Source of the DNA: Dictyostelium discoideum
Lineage: Eukaryota
Direction: 5' to 3'
NCBI GenBank assembly: GCA_000004695.1
Contig: CM000151.3
Location: forward strand, 7,968,001-8,032,000
DNA: 64,000 bases
The position numbers and the translations under genes are program-made. Under the pieces are notes generated by a model. That model was not told the DNA's origin. It ran no database searches and was given only the letters and a program-made list of their open reading frames with translations. Within the stretch, counting starts at the first letter, position 1. Each line of letters opens with the position of its first letter. Below are positions 47,733-64,000 of the stretch, in pieces.

Positions 47733-50119
47733 TTAATTAACCTTTAATTTATTTTTGTAAAAAATAAAAGCAGCAATTAATAAAACAAAAGCTAAGAAGG
47801 AACCAACAATTATCAATGCTAATTTAAGTTTTGACATTGATGGTGATGGATGAGAAGTTATTGGATAATCTGAAACATAAATAAAGAATTTTGATAATGT
47901 TGCAGTATTTGTAGAAATAACTGATGATAATAAATTATTATTCATTGAACCTGTATCGATACTACCGCCACCATAACTACTACTACTACTAGCACTGTTA
48001 CTACTACTACTACTACTACTAGAACCACCACCACTATTTGGATTATTTGAAGATGGAGTTATTAAAGATATTTCAGTATATAATCTTTTTGCAATAAAAT
48101 ATTGATCGGTAATCATTGAAATTTGAGTTGAATTAAACCAAACTGGTTGAGTACCAGCAATTTGTTCTTTTGATAATACATATTCATTTTTCATTGATGT
48201 ATTAAATAATCTATAAAAATTAATATATTCACTTGATAAACTCCATGTAACTGGATTACTAATTTTTAACTATTATTTATTATTATTATTTATTATTATT
48301 ATTAGTAAAAATATTATATATAATATTATTATTATTTGTTTTTAAAAAAAAGGTTTAAATACATTACATTTGGATTATTTAACCAATATTTAAAATTAAA
48401 ATTTGGAGTTGGATTATTTACAGCAAAGAAACAATCTAAATTGAATTTAAAAGATGGTGAAGAGTTTTTAGTGAATGTGAAACAATGAGATTGAGAGAGA
48501 ATGAAATTATCACCTGAACAATTTGGTTTTGGTGATACTAAATTTAATTCACAAATGATTGGTGTTTGTTTATTACATAGCTTTCCCATATAATCCATTG
48601 GACATTCACAAGAATAACTTGGTAAATCTCTTGAACAATTTAAAGATGCTGATCCAGTCACTTTGTAAGAGATTGAACAATTACTATTCTTATTATTACA
48701 AATTAAACTGATATCTATAATTGGTTCAACTGATGATGAACATGGATAATTTTGAACAATACAATCACCATTTGCAATTGATTGATTATATTGTTTATAT
48801 TTATTTGTTGGTACTACCACACCATCACAAACTAATCTTTCATTTGTACATTGAAATCCAAACATATCAATCTTATCTCCAAATTGTGTATTACCATCAC
48901 ATACTAAATCATCAATTTTACAATCACTCAAATATTCTTTATCACATTGAAATTTAATTGTATTACACTGATTTAATCCATATAATGATTTAAAATCATA
49001 AATTTTAATAAAACTAAATGAATTTGGACAATAAATCTAAAATAAAATAAAAAAAAGAGTAAAGGGGGAGGAGGAAAGAGCGAAAGAGCGAAAGGGGAGG
49101 GAAAGAGGGGAAGAGGAAGGGGGAAGAGGGGAAGAGTGGAAGGTTAGAAATATAAAATATATTTTTTTATTTATTATTATTATTTTAAAAAAAAATAACT
49201 TACAGAATTAATTTGACAAGTATCATAATTAAAAGTTGCATTATAAGGAGTTGAAGTTGTAATTGTTATATTTTGACCATTACATTTCATTTCATTAATA
49301 TAACAAACTTGACCTTGACAAGTATTTGTCAAAGTTGGAGTAGTTACTAAAACACCAGAATTACAAATTGAAGCAATGTTTGAACCATAAAGTTTACTAT
49401 CGATACTATTAATATTATTATCATCATCATTATTATTATTAATTGAACTTTTTAAAAGATTATTTGATTTTTGTTGTAATTGCTCTTTATTATTTTCAAA
49501 CCATTCTTCTAAATCCTCAGTGATTGGATGTTTACCCAACTCTTTACCAATTAATTGATTTAATTTATTTTCATCAGCCGATAAGAAATTTCTATTGATT
49601 TTATTATTGTTATTGTTATTGCTATTACTATTAAATGTTTTGAATTGGTGGTTTGCCTTATTACCATATCTAGCTTGTTTCTTTTCTAACTGTTTTAATT
49701 GTTGTTGTGCAATTATTGAATTTGAAGGCGACAATAACGGTGATGGTGTATAATGCTCATAATAATAATTTTCATCATGTATTTCGTTATCACTACTATC
49801 ACCATTATCATTATTTAACTTTTTCTTTTTATTTAATTCTCTTTTTGATTTTAATTGATTTTTAAAATTACCATTCTTTAAAGATTCAATGAATTCACCA
49901 AATTGTTGAATTGAGTTACTAATATCACTGAAATGGTCATTATGATAAAATAATCTGTTACCCATTTGTTCAAATAATGATGGTGGTGCTTTGTTACTAC
50001 TAAAACTATTAAATCCACCAACACCACCATTTGCTAAATTATTTTTATCCATATCTAAATTTGTATCTTCTCTACTATTACTATATGAATCTGCTATTCC
50101 ATTATGGTATGATTTTTTA

Positions 50120-50186
<67 letters not shown>

Positions 50187-50280
50187 TACTGTTGCTATTA
50201 CTATTTATATTAAAATCATTTCCATTCGTTATTGATATAATTATAGATATTATTAATAATAATTTTAATATTATTTTCAT
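47733..50280 (-). CDS. Type I membrane glycoprotein. It has a signal peptide, an Asn-rich spacer, a cysteine-rich extracellular region with an EGF-like module (CECPMDYMGKLC), Ser/Gly-rich stalk and a single C-terminal transmembrane helix. Exons are 50280..49204, 49036..48368 and 48269..47733.
   Basis: Track ORFs 49180..50280 (MKIILKLLLIISIIISITNG signal peptide), 48332..48931 and 47733..48194 (TM 'LKLALIIVGSFLAFVLLIAAFIFY' then KNKLKVN*). They join through GTAAGT...AG (168 bp, phase 0) and GTAATG...AG (98 bp, phase 0) introns, with the frames checked. There are many Cys at EGF-like or cysteine-knot spacing and N-glycosylation sequons. Confidence 0.75.
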
Positions 50281-50545
50281 TTTTAAATTATTATTATTAT
50301 TATTTATTATTTATTATTTATTATTACTATAAAGAAATGAAGTTTTTATTATTATAATATTACTATTATTATTATTATATTTTAGGTTTTTTTTTTTTTT
50401 TTTTTTTTTTAGATTTTAGTTAAATTAATTAAAATTGGAATGAAACAATGTGTGTCTGTAAATAATTGGTTTTTAAAAAAATAAATTAATATAGGTTTTC
50501 TTGAGATTATCACAATTAATATTTCTTTTTAATAAAATACCAAAT

Positions 50546-50582
<37 letters not shown>

Positions 50583-51251
50583 AATTATTTCAGACTTAAA
50601 AACACACACAAGCACAAAAACACACAATAAAAATAATAAATTAATAGAAAATAATAGATTATTTATAAATACAACTATACAAAATAATCAAATTACGATT
50701 ATATCAAAAACAAACAATTCGTGTAAATAAAAGTGAAAAGGAATTTTTTTTTGTTAAAAAAAAAATAAAAAAAAAAAAAAAAAAAATAAAAAAAATATAA
50801 AATTAAAATAAAAAAATAAAAAATAAAAAAAAATCATTTGCAACCTTGTATGCGCCAAAAAAAAAAAAAATCAAAATTTAATTATTTTTGTCCATGCAAT
50901 GTCAACAACCTACCACCATTTTCTCTCAAATTATTATTATTTTTTTTTATTTTGAAAATGATTTTATTTTTAAAAAAGGAGAATGAGTTAAATCCAATCA
51001 TTTGCCTAAATACAGTAAGAGTGGATATTTTTTAAAAAAAAAAAAAAAAAAAAAAAATTGAAAAATAAAAATCAAATAAAAACATTTTTTTGTTAATTTT
51101 TTTTTTTATTAAAACAATATCTTTTCTTTTTTTTTTTATATATAATTATTAATTTTTTTTTTAATTACTTTAACAAAAAACTAATGATTTTGGTGACAGG
51201 ATTTTATAATTACTATAATGGCTTGTTCTTTAATAGATAATTATTTGAATG

Positions 51252-51285
<34 letters not shown>

Positions 51286-51781
51286 TGCTGATGTTAAAAA
51301 ACCAACAAGAGATGGAGAGACAAAAGAGTTTTAGTTTTATGAAATCTAAAACAAAAAAAATAAAAAAAAAAATTTAAAAAAAAAGTGCAAAAACTCAGAT
51401 TTTAATTATTGGGGTCTAAATACTAATGATTACTATTGGTTAACAGCTTTAATAATTAAAAAAATAACCTTTTTTTTTTTTAATTTTAAATATAAATTTG
51501 GATAAAATGTAAAAACCACACTTGCCAACCAAACTTTTTTTTTTTTTTTTTTTGTTATTTAATTTTTATTTTTTGTTATTTAATTTTTATTTTTTATTTA
51601 TTTTTTTTGCTTTTATTTAACCACCAACAATTTAATTTTTTTTTTTTAATTTTTTTTTAATTATTATTATCATTAATTTATATATTAATTAATAGTAAAA
51701 TCATTTTTTATTATTATTATTTTTTTTTAAAATATAAATAATAAAATTTTGTTTAGAAAAAAAAAAAAAAAAAAAAAAAAA

Positions 51782-52888
51782 ATGGAAATTGATATTGAAA
51801 AATTACCAATTATTGATATTTCATCTTTTCAAAATAATGAAAATGATAAAAATCAAGTTGCCAAAGAAATTAATAAAGCATGTAAAGAGTATGGATTTTT
51901 TTATATAAAGAATCATGGAGTTGATCAAGAATTAATTGAAAATTTACAAAATGTAATTAAAAAATTCTTTTCTTTGCCACTTGAAATCAAAATGAAATGG
52001 AAAATGGGACTTACCAATAGAGAATGGCTCGGATTCTTCAAAGTCGGTCAAGAAATTACTTATGGTCAAGTCGATTGGAAAGAAGGTTGCTATTACTCCT
52101 CAGAGATGGATGGTGATATTAATACAATCCATAATGTTCCATTATACCCAACCGCTGAACAAGAGGAACAATATGAGATCCAAGGTTTTAAAAGCACAAT
52201 TCATACCTATATCGAAAAGTTAACTCATTTATCTCAACAAATAATTGAAGCAATTTCATTAAGTTTAAATCTTCCTCAAGATTATTTCTTCAAGAATTAC
52301 ACATATGATCCATTCATTCTAATGGGACTACTTCATTATCCATCATTTCATCATCAAGAACAAGAAGAAGAGCAAGAAGACGATGAAAGTAATAATGGAG
52401 GAAAAAAATCACCAAATCCTGATGAATCAAAGAAACCAGAAGTTGAAAAATTTGGAACTGGACAACATACTGATTGGGGTTTATTAACTGTACTTTATCA
52501 AGATGATGTCGGTGGTTTGCAAGTTAAATCTAAGAATTCTGAAGAGTATATCGATGCACCACCAATTCCAGGTACTTTTATTTGCAACATTGGTGATATG
52601 TTGGATAAAATGACTGGTGGTTATTATCTTTCAAATCTTCATCGTGTAAAGTATAATAAAAGTGGTCGTGATCGTTTCTCAATTCCATTCTTTTTAGACC
52701 CATCTCTTAATTCAATTCCAAAATTAATTCCAAACTATGATCAACTAAGCCAATTTGCTGATAAACCAGAAAGATGGGATAAACAAAATATTCATGAATT
52801 TGATGGTACCTATGGTCAATATTTTATTAAAAAAATTGGTCGTGTTTTTCCAGATTATGTTTATAAAAAAAGTGGTGAATTAGTTTAA
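51782..52888 (+). CDS. 2-oxoglutarate/Fe(II)-dependent dioxygenase (isopenicillin-N-synthase-like / DIOX_N + 2OG-FeII_Oxy), about 368 aa. The real start is the ATG at 51782 (MEIDIEKLPIIDIS...), not the TTG of the track ORF at 51749.
   Basis: N-terminal 'LPIIDISSF...NQVAKEINKACKEYGFFYIKNHGVDQELIENLQNVIKKFFSLPLEIKMK' is the DIOX_N pattern. C-terminal 'FGTGQHTDWGLLTVLYQDDVGGLQVKSKNSEEYIDAPPIPGTFICNIGDMLDKMTGGYYLSNLHRVKYNKSGRDRFSIPFF' has the HxD...H facial triad and RxS of 2OG oxygenases. Confidence 0.85.
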   Translation: MEIDIEKLPIIDISSFQNNENDKNQVAKEINKACKEYGFFYIKNHGVDQELIENLQNVIKKFFSLPLEIKMKWKMGLTNREWLGFFKVGQEITYGQVDWKEGCYYSSEMDGDINTIHNVPLYPTAEQEEQYEIQGFKSTIHTYIEKLTHLSQQIIEAISLSLNLPQDYFFKNYTYDPFILMGLLHYPSFHHQEQEEEQEDDESNNGGKKSPNPDESKKPEVEKFGTGQHTDWGLLTVLYQDDVGGLQVKSKNSEEYIDAPPIPGTFICNIGDMLDKMTGGYYLSNLHRVKYNKSGRDRFSIPFFLDPSLNSIPKLIPNYDQLSQFADKPERWDKQNIHEFDGTYGQYFIKKIGRVFPDYVYKKSGELV

Positions 52889-53039
52889 AACCCAAGAAAA
52901 TTTTAAAAAAAAAAAATAATTATTTAAATAAATTATTTCAATATTATTTCATTTACTTATTTTTTTTTTTTAAAAATTTAAAAAAAAAAAAAAAAAAATC
53001 AATTATTTATTTTTATCTATATGTTTTTTTAAAATTTTA

Positions 53040-58455
<5,416 letters not shown>

Positions 58456-58830
58456 CTATTTTATATAAATAATAATAATAACAAGTGTCATTAAAAAAAA
58501 AAAAAAAATTTTATAGTATTTTGTTTTTTTTTTTTTTTTATTTTATTTTTTAGATTATATGAAGTAAATTCAAATAAATCAAATGAGGAATTTTTTTTTT
58601 TTTTATTTATTTTTTTTTAATAAAATCAAAAGTTAGAAGTACTATAAAAAGAAATCTCAAAAATAAACAAAACAAAAGGAAAAAAAAAAAAAAACAAAAA
58701 AAAATATGACTAAATTCAAAAATCTTTTTTTTTTTTCTTTTTTCCTTTTTTGTTTTGTTTATTTTGTTTTTATTTATAAACATTACAAAAAAGGAAAAAA
58801 AATGAAGAGATATTTTTGAAAGATAAAACG

Positions 58831-58867
<37 letters not shown>

Positions 58868-58897
58868 TTCACGCCTATAGTCTTGATGAGATGTTTC

Positions 58898-59053
58898 AAT
58901 TAATGAGAAACATGTTGTAATTGCTTCATTAAATTCCTCTTTCTTTTAATTTGTAGTTGTTGTAATTGTTCTTGTTGTTGTTGTAAAGTTAGTGAGGTGT
59001 TATTATTATTATTATTCGAAATTGAGGAAGTGGTGATATTTTGTGGTTGTTGC
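58898..59053 (-). CDS. Candidate short ORF/exon (51 aa, [51 protein letters not shown]). It may be the first exon of the upstream-incomplete CCCH gene or an unrelated small ORF.
   Basis: Real ATG (rc of 'cat' at 59051-59053). GC is elevated relative to the surroundings. The orientation matches the downstream gene. No phase-compatible donor was found, so the linkage is unproven. Confidence 0.25.
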
Positions 59054-59213
59054 ATTATTTTTATTTTTTTAATTTTTATTTAAAGTATTATTATTTTTGG
59101 TGAATATTGTTAAGAGAGAAGGGGGCAAAGAGGCATATATAATAGTATATCCACAAAAAAAAAAAAAAAAAATTTATTTGTAGAATGGTTTATAAACAAA
59201 AACAAAAAAAAAA

Positions 59214-59250
<37 letters not shown>

Positions 59251-59614
59251 AAATTATAAAAATTTTTGAAAAAAAAAATAAAAAAAAATAAAAAAAAAAA
59301 AAAAAAAAAAAAAAAATAAATAAAAATAAAAATAAATTAAAAAAATCATTTGTTGATCAAAAAATTTTTTTTTTTTTTATAATAACAAAATATCACATTT
59401 ATATAAAAAAATAAAAAAACCTTTTTATAATTTTTACTTAATATTGTATTAATATAGAAAAAAAAAAAAAAATATTAAAAAAAACAATTGTTTTTTTTTT
59501 TTTTTTTTTGTAGTTGTTGTATATTATAATTTTTTTTTTTTTTTTTTTTCTTTTCTTCTTTCTAAAAAAAAAAAAAAAAGCATAATAATAATTATTATTA
59601 TTTATTTGTGTATA

Positions 59615-59650
<36 letters not shown>

Positions 59651-59685
59651 CATATAATCTATTAAAAAAAAAAAAAAAAAGAAAT

Positions 59686-62600
59686 ATGACAAGTTCTGAT
59701 AGTAGTGTAAATACTACATCGAGTAGTTTCGGAAATATTTCAATATCATCACCAAATCATAGTAGTTCAACACCACCTTTAAATAATGGAAATGGTAATA
59801 ATGTTAGTGCATCAGAAACTGAATTAAAGAAACATGTTTTATACTCTTTACAATGTTTAGATGAAAAAACTTTAACTTTAAAAGTGAAATTGGATCATTT
59901 AAATAAACTAGTAGAATTAAAGAAATCAATACCAGATTTAAATAAATTAGGAATATCACCAACACAATTATATAAAAGGTAATTTAATTTTAAAATTTAA
60001 TTAATTAATTAATTATTATAAATTTATAAACTAATCATCATTTTTTTTTTTTATTTTTTTTATTTATTTTAGTGTAAGACCATTTATAGCATTACCACCA
60101 AAAACAATTAGAACAGCAGGATTAAGAGTAATGAGATATTATTTAAGTAATTCAAATAATGTTAAAGAATTATTAGATTTAAAAGTACAATATTTTATAA
60201 CACGTTCATTGGAACGTGATAAACATTCAGAACCTGAAAGAATTCAAGCATTAAAAATCATACGTACAATTATGGAAATTGATTGTTCATTAATGCCACA
60301 TTGCTTTGTGAAAGGTTTAGTATCAATTGCAGAGAATCAAGAGGATAATTTCTGTAGAGTTTGTCTTGAATGTCTAACAGAGATCTCAATTCGTAATCCA
60401 CAAATTTCATCACATTGTGGTGGTATTCGTACTGTTTTCGATGCGGTTTTGGATCCATTCTATCAAGGTATTCAAGAATCCCTTTTAATTTGTATATTAT
60501 ATTTATTAAGTGATAAAGATACTAGAATTTATATTAGACCAAAATCTGATTTAGAAGTAAGTTGATTTTTTAAAATAAAATAAAATAAAAAAACAAAAAC
60601 AAAAATTCCAATTATTAACATATATTATTTTAAATAATATCAATAAAGATTATATTAGCACCATTAACAAATTCATTTAATATTGGTGTTAAATTAAAAG
60701 GTGCAAGTAAAGAAAAAGAAAAAGAAAAAGAAAAAGAAGATGAAGTTGCAATGAAAAAATGGACAGCAAGTTCAAAAGCTGTTTTAACATTAATTAAAAG
60801 TTGGATTGGTATTATATCTTTAAATTCTGATGATCAAGGTTTAAAATCTGTAGTTGATACATTAAGAATGCCACAAATTGAATTACAAGTAAGTTTTTTA
60901 TTACAATTTATTTATTTTTATTTATTTATTTATATATTAATTTTTATTTCTTTAAAGGAAAAAGCTTTAGATTCAATTTTTGAAATTTTTAGAGTACAAT
61001 TACCAAAAAGTATTCAAGAAACATTTGGACCACAAAAAGCAACACAAACATTTAATTTTGGATCAGAGACATTACAAGATTTACCAAGTAGAACTAGATC
61101 ATTAAGACATAATCTATTGAATAATTATTTATCGGTATTGTTGATAGCATTTATTGATAATGGACTAATTGAGGGATTGGTTTATTTGGGTAATTATGTT
61201 GCCAATAGGGATGGTATGAGTGAGCAAGAGAAAGAATGTTCAAAGAATATCTCATTAAAGAGTACAGTATTATTGGCGGAACTATTACATATGTCAAATG
61301 CATTATTACCACCATCACAATGTGCAAAATTACAAACACTACCATCATTGGTGAATTCTGCAATTTCGTTTAGATTAGACCCAAGATTAAGATCATCTTC
61401 AAATACCATGGTAACCAATTTACATAGTTATTCACATAACAAATCAAGTACAACCCTAATGGATAGCACATTGGCAATTGGATTAACTGGTGCCAATAAA
61501 TGGCGTCGTATTAAAGGTCAAGATCGTAGATTGGATAAGGTTGATGATGTGAAAATGAAGATGGAGTGGCATATGGACGATAACCAATTTCAACAGAAAA
61601 TCAAGGACACTCAAGTACTCGTCACTAAAGATTACCAAAAATGGTCATGGGAATTAATGTTTGAATTGTTGGAAGGACCTTTGAACAATCCTCAACATTT
61701 ATCAAATACATTGAAAACCAAATTCATTAAAAGAATCTTATCATTTCTACGTCCAAATAAGAAACTATTCTCAACAATGGCTTGGACAACTGAAAATTTA
61801 AAATATGTTCGTACTGCTTGTGTAGCATTGGAAGTTTTAATCTCTCATGAAATTGGTTTCGATTTTCTTAAAGATAATAAAACTATAATTCAAATCGCCG
61901 ATATGTTAAAAGTGGAATTAGATTATAATATTAAACCACCACCATCATCATCCTCATCATCAGAAAATAAAAAAGATAATGTACGTTTATTGAATCCAGA
62001 AAAAGTTTTAAAAACAATGTCTCGTGAATACTTTACAATGTTGGGTACATTGAGTAGTAATTTATTAGGTTTGGAAATATTAGCACGTAATAACATTTTC
62101 GATTATATTAAACCATTGGCTGAATTGCCTGGTAGGGATGATCTTTCTCATTTAATTATGACAAGCTTGGATTACAATGTTAATGGTGCCTCCAGAACGA
62201 TTCTTCAAAAGATTTTAACTTCAAGTTCAAGAGTAGTACGTTATTTGGCAACCAAGTATTTAAGATTCCTTTTAAGATCTGGTGTACAAGATTTCTCAAA
62301 TTGGGGTGTAGAGTTATTAGTTCAACAATTGAATGATGTGGATGCAAAAGTTAGTGCACTATCATTGAATGTATTGGATGAGGCATGTGATGATCCATCA
62401 TGTTTGGAAGTTTTAATAGATTTGAAACCAAATCTATTGAAATTGGGTAAACCTGGTAAATCATTGTTATTACGTTTCTTATCCTCTCCAAAAGGTTTAG
62501 AGAATCTATTACAAAATAATGGTTTCGTTGAACAAGAAGAACAACTATGGATTACAAGTGAAAATGCAACCTATGTAAATGCAATAGAATCGGCAGTCTC

Positions 62601-63387
62601 TGAATCATTATCACCAAGTGTTTGGAGATTTAAAGAAGCACCTGATGGTAGTAGTACTAGTGGTGTCTATTTACCACCACATTTCTTTGGTGAATTAGCA
62701 AAAACTGAAAAAGGTTGTCAATTAATTAGAAAATCAAATAACTATCAAAGATTTTTAAAAATCATTCAAGATCCAACCGCTAAACAATTGGATAAAAGAG
62801 CATCGTTAATCGCAATTGGTCATATTGGTTCTTCTGTCGATGGTTATTCATTCGTTAAAGAAAGTGATACAATCAAACTATTGATTGGAATAGCAGAGAA
62901 ATCTCAATGTTTGGCATTACGTAGTACTTGTTTCTATGCTTTGGGTATGATTTCATGTATTGAAGAAGCTCAACCAATCTTTAATTCCTTTGGTTGGGAA
63001 TCACCATCAGATTTAAACTCTAGAATCTTGTTACCAAAGGATTTAAAGAATTCAACTTTCCTAAGTGTACCACAATATCAATATCAAGGTAGTTGGGCTG
63101 ATCATTCATTTGAAACTTTACCATCAAATCATTTCTCTGATCCAATTAAAAATGAAATCATTTCTTTTGTTGGTAATTTATCTTCACATATCACTGCTGA
63201 AGGTGCTTCAAAGAATTTAAAACGTTTAAAAATCAAATATCCTGATCATTTTGCAACAAGTGAAATTTTAAATGCAGTTTTCATTTTATTAAATACTTTT
63301 AAATATCGTTTAGGTGCTAGAAGATTCATTTATGATTTATTTGATGTTGCAATATTTTCATCTGATCCATATCATGATTTAAATTAA
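59686..63387 (+). CDS. piaA: Pianissimo (Rictor ortholog, TORC2 subunit), 1148 aa. Exons are 59686..59978, 60073..60556, 60649..60888 and 60958..63387.
   Basis: 'QYFITRSLERDKHSEPERIQALKIIRTIMEIDCSLMPHCFVKGLVSIAENQEDNFCRVCLECLTEISIRNPQISSHCGGIRTVFDAVLDPFYQGIQESLLICILYLLSDKDTRIYIRPKSDLE' matches the human RICTOR conserved block 'LRLLLHSRFRLEREKLQEVRVQAFKLMRKIMEVNASLFPSSVTNSLIAVGNDGLQERDRMVRACIAIICELALQNPEVVALRGGLNTILKNVIDCQLSRINEALITTILHLLNHPKTRQYVRADVELE'. The introns are GTAATT/GTAAGT...AG (94, 92 and 69 bp) with the frames verified. The summed exon length of 3447 nt gives 1148 codons, which matches the length I recall for Dictyostelium Pianissimo. The human sequence is quoted from memory. 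Confidence 0.93.
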
Positions 63388-63397
63388 ATTTTTTTTC

Positions 63398-63448
<51 letters not shown>

Positions 63449-63620
63449 AATCTTTTTTTGTATTAATAATAATAAAAAAAAAAATATATATTTATTCACT
63501 TATAAAATCATAATAATAATAATAAAAAAAAAAAAAAAAATAATGGTAATAAAAAAAAAAATAATAATAAAAAAAAACAAATAAAAAATATAATGTACTA
63601 ATAAAAAAAATTCAGATATA

Positions 63621-63659
<39 letters not shown>

Positions 63660-64000
63660 TTTCAAACCAATAACATTGTTTTTCAAAACATCGAAACCTT
63701 TTATTTATTTACTTTAATTTATTTTTTATTTTGTTTTTTTATTTTATTTTTTTTTTAAGATAAAATTCAAACTTGACAAAAAAAAAAAAAGAAAAAAAAA
63801 AATTAACGTTTAATTCTTTAAAATTCTTTTTTTTTTTTTTTTTATTATTCGGAAAGAACCTGGTTTGAATTAGTCATTAATTCCATGCTGAATTTCTTTT
63901 TTGGATAAAATTTTTATAAAAAAAAAAAAAAAAATTTTCGAAAATTGAAAGATGTTTTGTTTCAACATTATCGCAACATACTCATTTTTTTTATCAAATT

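Overview
This window is eukaryotic nuclear DNA, almost certainly Dictyostelium discoideum (social amoeba). The evidence is the composition and gene structure: roughly 75-80% A+T overall, with coding islands of higher GC separated by nearly pure A/T intergenic DNA carrying long poly(A)/poly(T) tracts. Codon-level (AAT)n and (CAA)n repeats encode poly-Asn and poly-Gln runs inside almost every protein. Introns are short (about 70-280 bp), AT-rich, and begin GTAAGT, GTATGT or GTAATT and end AG. It is not a prokaryotic defence island. Many 'M' starts in the supplied ORF track are GTG or TTG codons (bacterial table) and are not real eukaryotic starts. I re-derived exon-intron structures by hand; one coordinate mis-read of mine was corrected against the ORF track.

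I can support about 19 protein-coding genes, ordered 5' to 3':
- a partial gene start (1..169, minus strand)
- a double-homeobox protein (hbx family)
- a hypothetical multi-exon gene (5999..8657)
- a WDR48/UAF1 WD40 ortholog
- a Yak1/DYRK-family kinase
- an SMP-30/gluconolactonase-like secreted protein
- the Cgi121/TPRKB subunit of the KEOPS complex (a conserved tRNA-modification complex)
- a small hypothetical protein
- a large PI4-kinase IIIalpha (STT4/PI4KA) ortholog
- an hspG-type small heat-shock protein
- an RGP1 ortholog (Rab6 GEF subunit)
- CCT zeta (cct6)
- a low-complexity protein with a divergent forkhead-like winged helix
- V-ATPase subunit B (vatB)
- a Wee1-family kinase
- an EGF-like cysteine-rich type I membrane protein
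- a 2OG-Fe(II) oxygenase
- a very large HEAT + 3xCCCH zinc-finger protein
- piaA/Pianissimo (Rictor, TORC2), whose reconstructed 1148-aa length matches the known protein

I found no rRNA, tRNA, CRISPR or clear transposon. The points worth a second look are:
- a forkhead-like domain in an amoebozoan protein
- two perfect palindromic E2F-type sites (TTTGGCGCCAAA), one upstream of wee1
- an apparent frameshift in the Cgi121 gene
- a duplicated ~115-190 bp intergenic element with hairpin-plus-poly(A) modules
- a repeated KKKNxF..PLPLIGQ linear motif in the CCCH protein
- GA-rich islands
- in-frame stop-free introns in cct6 and piaA
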